Of a DNA stretch of 64,000 bases, positions 15,535-23,802 are shown one piece after another; position 1 is the stretch's first letter; each line of letters begins with the position of its first letter. The notes under the pieces are model-generated. The model saw nothing but the letters and a program-made list of their open reading frames with translations. It made no database searches and was not told the origin of the DNA. The stretch is taken from assembly GCA_964486865.1 (NCBI GenBank), contig CAZAOZ010000010.1, positions 6,255-70,254 of the forward strand, in the 5' to 3' direction. The position numbers were made by a program, and so were the translations under genes. This stretch comes from an uncultured Bordetella sp. Lineage in GTDB: Bacteria > Pseudomonadota > Gammaproteobacteria > Burkholderiales > SG8-41.

Positions 15535-18024
15535 GTGGGCGACTTTGAACAGATGGACAGGCGGGGATTCCTCAAGACTTCAGCCGTTGCAGGCGCGGCA
15601 GGTGCCGCAGCAGTCGGTGGCGGCGCAGTTGTGTCGGCCTTGAGCACGGATGCCACCGGGCTGGGTACCCGTCCGGCAGCGCCGGCACCCGAAACCAGGA
15701 TCGTCAAAAACGTATGTCATCAGTGCCCTGCGCGCTGTGGCATCGATGTCTACGTGACTAACGGCAAGGTTCATGCGATCTACGGGTCGCTGGATCACCC
15801 GATCTCCAACGGCAAGCTGTGCCCCAAGGGCCATCTTGGCGCATACATCCTGTACGATCCGGATCGCTTCACCGGCCCGATGAAACGGACCAATCCGAAC
15901 AAGGGCCGGAACGAGGATCCGAAGTGGCAGTCCATCAGCTGGGATGAGGCCCTCGATGCCGTCGCCAAGCGACTGAACGGCTTGCGTGACAAGGCAGAAC
16001 CGCATCGCTTCGCGATCGTCAACGGCCGCGGCTGGGGCAGCACCGACGTCGGACTGCTCGGCAACTTTGGCAAACTCTACGGGACGCCCAATGCCACGAT
16101 GGGCCATTCGTCGATCTGCGCCGATACCAGCAAGAAAGCCAAATCTGCTGTCGACGGCAACTACAACTACAACTCATACGATTACAAGAACACCAATTAC
16201 CTGCTGATATTCGGCGCCGCCTTCCTCGAAGCCTACCGGCCCTACAACGCCAACATGCAGGCCTGGGGGCACATTCGCACCAAGGCACCCAAGACCAAGG
16301 TTGCGGTTGCAGACGTGCGCGTGACCACCACCGGTGCCGCCGCCGACCACCTGATGCTCGTCAAGCCCGGGACGGACGGTGCGCTGGCGCTGGCGATCGC
16401 ACACGTGATCCTCACCGAGGGGCTGTGGGACCGCAAGTTCGTCGGTGACTTCGTTGATGGCGTCAACCTCTTCAAAACCGGAGAGACCCTCGAAGTCAAA
16501 AGCTTCAAGGAAAAATGGACGCTCGGCCTGATCGAGTGGTGGAACGCCGAACTCAAGGACCGGACGCCGAAGTGGGCCGCGGAGATCACCACTGTGGCGG
16601 AGCGCGACATCCTCAATGTTGCGCGCGAGTTCGGCGCCACGCGCCCGGCCATGGCGATCTTCGAGCGTGGTGTAACGCTGCATACCAACGGCATGTACAG
16701 CGGCATGGCGGTGCATGTGCTGAACGCACTCGTCGGCGCGATGTATGCAGTCGGCGGCCTCGCCAACCAGATGGGCGTGCCCTACGGCAAGCTGTCCGTA
16801 AGCTCCGATGACTTCGTCGATGATGCCGCCAAGGAAGCAGCCGCCAGGAAAATGCCGCGTATCGACCGTGTGAAGAGCAAAGAGCTGCCATTGGCCGCCA
16901 ACAACATTCAGGGCATTCCACAAAGCATTATCGAAGGAAAGCCGTACACGCTCGACACGATCATGTTCTACATCACGAATCCGATTTACAGTGCTCCCAA
17001 CGCAAAACAATGGGAAGAGGCGCTGAAAAAAGTCTTTGTGATCGAAACATCCCCGTTTCCGAGCGAGACCTCAGTATTCGCAGACCTGGTGCTGCCCGAC
17101 CACACTTTCCTTGAGCGCTGGCAGGACACGCCCACTTATCCGTTTGAGGGATGGCCGCTGACCAACATCCGGGTACCGGCGGTAAAGCCGCTCCATAACA
17201 CCAAACACTTCGGTGACACGCTGATCGAGATCGGCAAGCGCATCAAGGGCCCGACCAGCGAGTATTACCAGAAGGTTGGCAACGTCGAGAACGTACTCAA
17301 AGCCATCGCCAAGGGTTTTGAGGCCAATCCGGGATCCAACGGCGTCAACAGTTTCGAAAAATGGGTCGAGAAAGGGGTTTGGTACAAAACGCCCTACCTC
17401 TACCGCCAGATCGCGGGGGAATTCTACGAGTGGGACGGCAGCGATTATCGCAAGCCGATGTCCGCCGAAGACGTCAAAAAGAAGCTGCTGAAGACCGAGT
17501 CGGGCAAGTTCGAGCTGAAATCGAGCTATCTCGAACACTACGACGAGTTCATCACATCCAAGCTTGGCATCGTCAAGGAAAAAGTCGGTTTCCCGCAGTG
17601 GATTCCGCCGAAATACACCGGCGGCGGCGACCTGCATTTCATCGCCACCAAAACGCCGATGCATGGTGAGGGGCGCACCGCAAATATTCCGACTGCGATT
17701 TCGCAATACCAGCCGACTTCCGGCGGCCGCCCCGAGCTGTTCCTCGAAATCCACCCTGAGACTGCAGCCAAGCGCGGCATCCGCAATGGCGACCGGGTGA
17801 AGATACACAACGAACTCGGCGCGATCTATGCCAGGGCCAGTATTTTCCCGGCATGCCGGCCCGACACGGTTGTGCTGCCTTACGGGTTCGGGCACTGGGC
17901 ACATGGCCGCTGGGCCAAGGGCCGCATGGAAGGCAACACCAACGAAATCATTCCGAATGTATCCGAACCGATTTCGAACGCCGCGGCAGTACACACGGTG
18001 ACGGTAAAGGTCGAGAAGGCTTAG
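15535..18024 (+). CDS. arxA: Tat-exported molybdopterin (DMSO-reductase-family) oxidoreductase catalytic subunit, Arr/Arx clade; ArxA-like
   Basis: 829 aa from GTG 15535 after AGGAGG. Twin-arginine signal MDRRGFLKTSAVAGAAG. C-x2-C-x3-C-x27-C cluster motif (CHQCPARC...27 aa...C). NGRGWG at 16021-16038. Candidate Mo-ligand region GHSSICAD. Confidence 0.6.
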   Translation: MGDFEQMDRRGFLKTSAVAGAAGAAAVGGGAVVSALSTDATGLGTRPAAPAPETRIVKNVCHQCPARCGIDVYVTNGKVHAIYGSLDHPISNGKLCPKGHLGAYILYDPDRFTGPMKRTNPNKGRNEDPKWQSISWDEALDAVAKRLNGLRDKAEPHRFAIVNGRGWGSTDVGLLGNFGKLYGTPNATMGHSSICADTSKKAKSAVDGNYNYNSYDYKNTNYLLIFGAAFLEAYRPYNANMQAWGHIRTKAPKTKVAVADVRVTTTGAAADHLMLVKPGTDGALALAIAHVILTEGLWDRKFVGDFVDGVNLFKTGETLEVKSFKEKWTLGLIEWWNAELKDRTPKWAAEITTVAERDILNVAREFGATRPAMAIFERGVTLHTNGMYSGMAVHVLNALVGAMYAVGGLANQMGVPYGKLSVSSDDFVDDAAKEAAARKMPRIDRVKSKELPLAANNIQGIPQSIIEGKPYTLDTIMFYITNPIYSAPNAKQWEEALKKVFVIETSPFPSETSVFADLVLPDHTFLERWQDTPTYPFEGWPLTNIRVPAVKPLHNTKHFGDTLIEIGKRIKGPTSEYYQKVGNVENVLKAIAKGFEANPGSNGVNSFEKWVEKGVWYKTPYLYRQIAGEFYEWDGSDYRKPMSAEDVKKKLLKTESGKFELKSSYLEHYDEFITSKLGIVKEKVGFPQWIPPKYTGGGDLHFIATKTPMHGEGRTANIPTAISQYQPTSGGRPELFLEIHPETAAKRGIRNGDRVKIHNELGAIYARASIFPACRPDTVVLPYGFGHWAHGRWAKGRMEGNTNEIIPNVSEPISNAAAVHTVTVKVEKA

Positions 18025-18070
18025 TCCCTGGTCATCAACGAATGCGCTGAATGAGAAAAGGAGAATAACC

Positions 18071-18832
18071 ATGGCCCGCTGGGGAATGGTAATTGATCTG
18101 GAAAAATGCACTGGCTGCCAGGCCTGCTCCACCGCCTGTTCGATGGAAAATTCCAGACTGCCCGGTGAGAACTGGCAGGACGTGCTGTTTTACAATGAAG
18201 GCGAGTATCCAAGCGGAAAACTGACATGGTTGCCGCGGCCGTGCATGCACTGCGAGGAAGCATCATGTGTTACGGTGTGTCCGACCAAGGCGACATACAA
18301 GGACAAGGACGGCTTCGTACTCATCAACTGGGATCTCTGCATTGGCTGCAAATACTGCATGATCGCCTGCCCCTACGGCGTCCGGTTTTATGCCGAGGAA
18401 AAGCAGAAGACGCAGCCCGACGTGCGCAAGGTCTGGCCCAGCAGCGAAGGCAACGTCTGGGATCCGCCCTGGGCAATGCCGAAGCATCTGCATGATCCAC
18501 AGCATGGTGTTGGCGTGCAGCCGCGAAATGTGGTCTCCAAGTGCACCTTCTGCTACCACCGTGTCAGCAAGGCGCCCAAGGGCACGCCGGACCTGGATCC
18601 GAACGATCCGAAAACGCGTGACTACACACCGGCCTGCGTCGTTACCTGCGCGCCAACTGCGCGCTACTTCGGCGATCTCGACAACCCGAAGAGCCACGTA
18701 CGCAAGCTGATTGCCGAAAAGCGGGGCGTCCGGCTGCAGGATCACACCGGCAACCGTCCCCAAGTCTACTACCTGGCAGGCGAAGCGGCATCCATACCGG
18801 AAACGCGCTCCACCCGCATGAAGAAAAGTTAA
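18071..18832 (+). CDS. arxB: 4Fe-4S electron-transfer subunit (DmsB/PsrB/ArxB-like)
   Basis: 253 aa. Four ferredoxin cysteine groups: CTGCQACSTAC, CMHCEEASCVTVCP, CIGCKYCMIACP, CTFCYHR...CVVTCP. Confidence 0.75.
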   Translation: MARWGMVIDLEKCTGCQACSTACSMENSRLPGENWQDVLFYNEGEYPSGKLTWLPRPCMHCEEASCVTVCPTKATYKDKDGFVLINWDLCIGCKYCMIACPYGVRFYAEEKQKTQPDVRKVWPSSEGNVWDPPWAMPKHLHDPQHGVGVQPRNVVSKCTFCYHRVSKAPKGTPDLDPNDPKTRDYTPACVVTCAPTARYFGDLDNPKSHVRKLIAEKRGVRLQDHTGNRPQVYYLAGEAASIPETRSTRMKKS

Positions 18833-18844
18833 GGGAGAGGAATC

Positions 18845-20035
18845 ATGAGCATACTTGCAATGAGAACACCCGACGGCCGGCCGCTGCTCGACCTGCAAAC
18901 GAAACCCGACGGAATATCGGCACTGATGATGATCGGCGGCGCAATTGTTGCCGGCGTCAGCCTTTCCATCGTTTTGTTCATGCTGTTCATGGAAGGCCAC
19001 GCCGCATACAACACCTCCAGCGATTTCCCGTGGGGAGCGCCGATTGCTTTTTACATGTTCTTTCTGCTCGCCTCCTCGGGGCTGTCGATCATATCTTCTC
19101 TCGACACGGTCTTCGGCCTTAATACCTTCTACCCGATTGTCAAACGCTGCATCTGGCTGTCGATCATTACGCTGGTAGCAGGTTTCACGCTGCTCGCACT
19201 GGAGCTTGGCAATCCGTTTCGCCTGCTATGGGCGGTGCCGATTGCCGCTCAGGTTAAATCGCCGATGTGGTGGATGGGCACTTTTTATTCAATAGATCTG
19301 GCATTGCTGTGCCTGAAGTTTTACTTCCTGCACACGGGCGAATGGAACAGCAAACGCATGCACTTGATTTCGATCAACTCGTTCATAATCTGCATCCTGG
19401 CCTCCGGCACGCTCGGACTCACGTTCGGCATGATGGCCATGCGACCGGCTTGGTACAGCCCGGTCATGCCCATGTATTTCATCCTGACCGGCTTTATGAC
19501 GGCGGTGGCATTCATCGTCTTCTTTACCGGCCTGATCCGCCGGGTCAACGGCACACCGGAAAATGTACGTAAACTTTTTGATGAAGTCCTGCCGCGTCTG
19601 TTTTTTGTCACCCTGCTGGCGGTAGTTGTGATGCGGGTCGGTCAAATCGTCACCGGACTGTGGAGCAATTTCGAAGGTATGGAAGCTCACTGGCGGGCGT
19701 TGACATCAGTCATGTTTCATATCGAAATCTGGATCGGATTAGCAATCCCGCTGGTATTGATGAGTAGCCGCGAACGGCGCACCAAAGTGACGATCCAGAT
19801 GGTCTCGGCACTGCTTTTCATGATCGGCATTTTCTCGGCACGATTGCACCTGCTGATCATGGGCCAGGAAGTACCATTATTCCGGGGCTACTGGGCGGGT
19901 TATGTCGAATACACCCCGTCATTCACCGAGTGGCTGCTGATTCCGGCAGGCTTCGGCATCGTCTTCATGTTATATGGTGCAGGCAACTGGTTGCTGAATC
20001 TGTCCGAACACCGTGAACCGACAACTGTACACTGA
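18845..20035 (+). CDS. arxC: NrfD/PsrC-family integral-membrane quinone-interacting subunit (ArxC-like)
   Basis: 396-aa polytopic hydrophobic ORF immediately after the FeS subunit, with an AGGGAGAGG Shine-Dalgarno. Confidence 0.7.
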   Translation: MSILAMRTPDGRPLLDLQTKPDGISALMMIGGAIVAGVSLSIVLFMLFMEGHAAYNTSSDFPWGAPIAFYMFFLLASSGLSIISSLDTVFGLNTFYPIVKRCIWLSIITLVAGFTLLALELGNPFRLLWAVPIAAQVKSPMWWMGTFYSIDLALLCLKFYFLHTGEWNSKRMHLISINSFIICILASGTLGLTFGMMAMRPAWYSPVMPMYFILTGFMTAVAFIVFFTGLIRRVNGTPENVRKLFDEVLPRLFFVTLLAVVVMRVGQIVTGLWSNFEGMEAHWRALTSVMFHIEIWIGLAIPLVLMSSRERRTKVTIQMVSALLFMIGIFSARLHLLIMGQEVPLFRGYWAGYVEYTPSFTEWLLIPAGFGIVFMLYGAGNWLLNLSEHREPTTVH

Positions 20036-20080
20036 AGCAGATTGAACTATTGAGCATTACGTATTTGAGTGACATTTTTT

Positions 20081-20158
20081 CCCTCATCCCAACCCTTCTC
20101 CCGGTGGGAGAAGGGCTCTTCACCCCTCGCCCTTCGGGAGAGGGGCCGGGGGTGAGGG
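20081..20158. repeat. nested-palindrome REP-like element
   Basis: ccctcatccc...cccttctccc-ggt-gggagaaggg...cccctcgcccttcgggagagggg...ggggtgaggg. The antisense ORF 19965..20168 (LTPGPSPEGRGV...) is its translation artefact. Confidence 0.7.
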
Positions 20159-20209
20159 AAGGAAGCACCGTGATCCACGCTTGTCACAAGGTTCTGTAAT
20201 CCTCAATAA

Positions 20210-21619
20210 TTACGGCAACCGGGGCAGCTTCAGCATCGCCACCAGCCCGCCCTCGGCGCGATTGCGCAATTCGATGCCCCCGCCGTGTAGTTCGGCAATG
20301 TTTTTCGCAATCGCCAGCCCCAGCCCGGTGCCGCCGGTATCGCGGTTGCGTGAACCTTCGACGCGGTAAAACGGCTCGAATACTTTTTCGAGTTGCTCCG
20401 GCGGCAGCCCCGGACCCTCGTCGAGGATGCTGATCTGCAGCCTTTCGTTGTTGTCGTCAACGACCACGCGCGCGGTCTTGCCGTACTTGATTGCGTTCTC
20501 CAATAAATTCGCAAGGCAGCGTTTCAGCGTCTGCGGCCGGCCGGGATACGGGGCCGTGACCTGGCCGCCGATCGCCACCGCACCGCCGGTTTCGCGCAGA
20601 TCAGCCTGCAGGCTTTCCAGCAGCGCCATCACATCCACCGGCTGCACCGCTTCGCCATTGTCCATGCCGCGCAGGAAATCCAGCGCGGATGCCACCATGG
20701 CTTCCATTTCCTGCAGGTCGTTGCCGAACTTGGCGCGCAGCTGCGCATCTTCCAGCAGTTCGGCACGCAGCCGGAGCCGCGTGATCGGCGTCTTCAGGTC
20801 GTGTGACATCGCCGCCAGCACCTGGGTGCGTTCGCGCAGGTAGCCGGCGAGCCGCGACTGCATGGTGTTGAAGGCGCGCGCCGCGCTCGCTACTTCCGCC
20901 GGGCCGGTTTCCGCCAGCGGCGGGCGGTTGATGTTCTTGCCGAGTTCGTCGGCGGCATCCGCCAAGGTCTTCAGCGGCTGGGTCGCCCAGCGCACCGCGA
21001 TCAGCGACACCGCAATGACTGCGCTCAGCAGCAAGACGATGCTCAGCAAGACCCGGTACGGCCAGTCTTCGGTCAACTGCGGCTGCCGGGCATCGAAGGT
21101 CGCGAGCGTGCCGTCCTGTAATCGTACTTGCGCGATGAACGACGGGCCGCCGCCGGGCGGGCCGCCATGGCGCATCATCGGCGGCGTCCATGCGCCGTCG
21201 CCGTGCGCCCATCCGGGGCCGCGCGGCGCACCACCCTTGTACGGCGCGCCCTCTGCCATGCCGACGGTCACCGGCCGGTCGTCGCCGAGAAACCGCCGCA
21301 GCAGCGTGGTGAACAGCGCCGCGCGCGCACCCGCCTCGGTCCTGGCATCCGGCGCAGCGAGAGGGCCGCGGTCGAGCGCAACGGTCAGCGGCGGCGCACT
21401 GAGTACCTTGACGATGCGACTGCGCTCAACCGGTGTCAGCGTATCCAGCAAACGCACGATGTCGGCAATGCGTTGCGCCGACTGCATGCCGCTGGCCTGC
21501 GCCAGCAGTTCACCGCGGTCGTGCATGTGAACCGCGAAACTCAGCAGTTGCGCGATCAGCAACCCGCCCAGCAGCACCAGCACCAGGCGGCTGAACAGCG
21601 AACGCGGCAGCAGGCTCAC
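20210..21619 (-). CDS. two-component sensor histidine kinase (EnvZ/CpxA-like, HAMP + HisKA + HATPase)
   Basis: 469 aa with two TM segments and a periplasmic loop. H-box AAMSHDLKTPIT. N/G boxes NLLENAIKY and DEGPGLP...GTGLGLAI. Confidence 0.9.
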   Translation of the reverse strand: MSLLPRSLFSRLVLVLLGGLLIAQLLSFAVHMHDRGELLAQASGMQSAQRIADIVRLLDTLTPVERSRIVKVLSAPPLTVALDRGPLAAPDARTEAGARAALFTTLLRRFLGDDRPVTVGMAEGAPYKGGAPRGPGWAHGDGAWTPPMMRHGGPPGGGPSFIAQVRLQDGTLATFDARQPQLTEDWPYRVLLSIVLLLSAVIAVSLIAVRWATQPLKTLADAADELGKNINRPPLAETGPAEVASAARAFNTMQSRLAGYLRERTQVLAAMSHDLKTPITRLRLRAELLEDAQLRAKFGNDLQEMEAMVASALDFLRGMDNGEAVQPVDVMALLESLQADLRETGGAVAIGGQVTAPYPGRPQTLKRCLANLLENAIKYGKTARVVVDDNNERLQISILDEGPGLPPEQLEKVFEPFYRVEGSRNRDTGGTGLGLAIAKNIAELHGGGIELRNRAEGGLVAMLKLPRLP

Positions 21620-22341
21620 TGCGCCCCCGCCTCGACATGCGCCGCGAACACGTAACCCTGCCCGCGCACGGTCTTGATGATCGCCGGATCCTTGGCATCC
21701 TCACCGAGGCGCTGCCGCAGCCGGCTGACCTGCACATCGATCGCCCGGTCGTAGGGGCCGGCATCGCGCGACAGCATCAGATCGATCAACTGGTCGCGTG
21801 TCAGCACCCGGTTGGGATGATCGACAAAAATCTTCAGCAGGCGGAAATCGGTGCCACTCAACGCCACCACCACTCCGGCAGGCGACGTCAGGTTGCGCGT
21901 GGCGCAGTCGAGAGTCCAACCGGCAAAACGAAAGATGCCCGATTCCTCGGTCTGCAGGTTGTCGGGTAGTGAACGCGAGCGTCGCAGCACGCTCTTGATC
22001 CGCGCCAGCAACTCGCGCGGACTAAATGGCTTGGCCACATAATCATCCGCGCCCAGTTCGAGGCCGACGATGCGGTCGGTCTCGTCGCCGCGCGCGGTGA
22101 GCATGATGATCGGCACCGTGGACCGGGCCCGCAGTTCGCGGCACAGCGTCAGTCCGTCCTCGCCGGGCAGCATGACGTCGAGAATAATCACGTCGGGATG
22201 GGAGGTTTCAACCGCCGCGCGCAGACCCCTGCCATCGGCGAGCGCAGTCACCCGATAGCCCTGTTTCTGCAGATACTCATGCAGCAGGTTGCGGATTTCT
22301 GCGTCGTCATCGACGACCAGGATATGGTCAGGGGAGTTCAT
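21616..22341 (-). CDS. OmpR-family response regulator
   Basis: 241 aa. Receiver domain (ILVVDDD...DVIILDVMLPGEDG) plus winged-helix output (TVRGQGYVF). 4-nt overlap with the kinase gene. Confidence 0.9.
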   Translation of the reverse strand: MNSPDHILVVDDDAEIRNLLHEYLQKQGYRVTALADGRGLRAAVETSHPDVIILDVMLPGEDGLTLCRELRARSTVPIIMLTARGDETDRIVGLELGADDYVAKPFSPRELLARIKSVLRRSRSLPDNLQTEESGIFRFAGWTLDCATRNLTSPAGVVVALSGTDFRLLKIFVDHPNRVLTRDQLIDLMLSRDAGPYDRAIDVQVSRLRQRLGEDAKDPAIIKTVRGQGYVFAAHVEAGAQ

Positions 22342-22575
22342 GATGGATGCTTATACCGGAGTGCCTGGCACTTACCCAAGAAAATTGTATCGCAGTGTAT
22401 CAATCCCCCGTGCCGCGCAAGGCTGCGTTACCAAAAGCCGCTTTACCGCAACATGCCGGTTACAGACCGGGGGTTTAATGGGAACCACTGAGAGCGTCTG
22501 ATTCAGCGACAAATAACCGGATCCGACAATCGACGTAACAGAAAGAATCCGAACAACTACACTAAGGAGCACATC

Positions 22576-23034
22576 ATGAAAACCTTCAACAAAATCGCAA
22601 CTGGAATCACCCTGACCGTGGCACTTGGTCTTGCTGTCACCGCTTTTGCCCATCCGGATCAACCCGGCAGCGGCATGGGTTACGGCATGCATCATGGCTA
22701 TGGCGCCCAGGGTGGATATGGCCCCGGCGCGATGATGCAAGGCGCCCAGGGCGGATACGGCCCCGGCGCGATGATGCAGGGCGGCCAGGGCCCGCAGGCT
22801 GCATTTCAGCTGATGACACCGGAAGAACGCACGGCAATGTGGGAAAAAATGCGCGCCGCCGCGACGCCGGAAGAGCGCCAGCAGATCGCCGCCGCGAACC
22901 ATGCCGAGATGCAGAAACGCGCCCAGGAAAAAGGCATCACGCTGCCTGAGTTTCGCGGACCGCAAGGTCACTTCGGCGCCGGCGGACCCTGCCCTGGTTT
23001 CACCGCATCGGCCACCACCACTCCGGCGCAGTAA
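22576..23034 (+). CDS. exported Gly/Met-rich CpxP/Spy/ZraP-like periplasmic protein
   Basis: 152 aa with signal peptide. Contains a GAQGGYGPGAMMQ x2 repeat, then the LTxxQ-like helix segment QLMTPEERTAMWEKMRAAATPEERQQIAAANHAEMQKRAQEKG. Divergent from the two-component system. Confidence 0.55.
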   Translation: MKTFNKIATGITLTVALGLAVTAFAHPDQPGSGMGYGMHHGYGAQGGYGPGAMMQGAQGGYGPGAMMQGGQGPQAAFQLMTPEERTAMWEKMRAAATPEERQQIAAANHAEMQKRAQEKGITLPEFRGPQGHFGAGGPCPGFTASATTTPAQ

Positions 23035-23130
23035 GCCCATCGGGAGGGGCGTAACACCCGCCCCTCTCTTTTTTTCGTGGCATCATCAACCACCATGATG
23101 ATGCCGCATTCACGTACAAGAGGTTCTCGC

Positions 23131-23796
23131 ATGAAACCGTTTTCGATGATGATCGCCGCTCTGATCCTGCTCATTGCCGCTGCGCTGCCGCTGCCGGCCA
23201 CAGCGCAGTCGCCCCACACCCACCAGCACAGCTTCGGCAATGCGGAAAAATGGGCGCAGGTATTCGACGACCCGGCGCGCGACGCGTGGCAGAAGCCGCA
23301 CGAAGTCATCCAGGCGCTGCAGCTCAAGCCGGACGCGGTGATCGCCGACATCGGCGCGGGCACCGGCTATTTCTCGGTGCGCTTTGCGAACATGACGCCG
23401 CAAGGCCGCGTCTATGGCATCGACACCGAGCCCGACATGGTGAAATACCTGGCCGAACGCGCGAAACGCGAAGGACTGAAAAACATTATCGCGGCGCAGG
23501 CCAAACCCGGTGATCCGCAACTGCCGGAAAAAGCTGATCTGATTATCTTGGTTGACGTTTACCACCACGTTGAAAACCGGGAACGGTATTTCCGCCAACT
23601 GCAAAGTTCATTGAAAGCGGGTGGCCGCCTCGCCGTGATCGATTTCACCATGGACTCACCCGTGGGCCCGCCCAAATCCGCGCGCATCGCGCCGGAGCAG
23701 GTCAAGGCTGAACTGCAGCGTGCCGGATATGCACTGGCAGAAGAACATACGTTCCTGCCGAACCAGTATTTCCTGGTATTCCGTTCCGGCGTCTGA
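23131..23796 (+). CDS. class I SAM-dependent methyltransferase fold with an N-terminal signal peptide
   Basis: From ATG 23131: MKPFSMMIAALILLIAAALPLPATAQSPHTHQH..., then motif I VIADIGAGTGYF. Confidence 0.75.
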   Translation: MKPFSMMIAALILLIAAALPLPATAQSPHTHQHSFGNAEKWAQVFDDPARDAWQKPHEVIQALQLKPDAVIADIGAGTGYFSVRFANMTPQGRVYGIDTEPDMVKYLAERAKREGLKNIIAAQAKPGDPQLPEKADLIILVDVYHHVENRERYFRQLQSSLKAGGRLAVIDFTMDSPVGPPKSARIAPEQVKAELQRAGYALAEEHTFLPNQYFLVFRSGV

Positions 23797-23802
23797 TCGG
23801 AA

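Noticed and set aside
15535-18024. Calling the molybdoenzyme a polysulfide, thiosulfate or tetrathionate reductase (PsrA/PhsA/TtrA).
   Set aside because: Not fully excluded. However, the C-x2-C-x3-C-x27-C spacing, the NGRGWG motif and the extra upstream ferredoxin gene fit the Arr/Arx clade better, and TtrA-type subunits are substantially longer. The call is kept as arxA-like at moderate confidence.
19965-20168. 67-aa ORF MLPSLTPGPSPEGRGVKSPSPTGRRVG...
   Set aside because: It is the translation of the nested-palindrome REP-like element at 20081..20158, not a gene.
22360-22380. TGGCAC at about 22367 (and another at about 36598) as sigma-54 -24 elements.
   Set aside because: Neither is followed by the TTGC(A/T) -12 element at the required 5-nt spacing, and no enhancer-binding protein gene is nearby.
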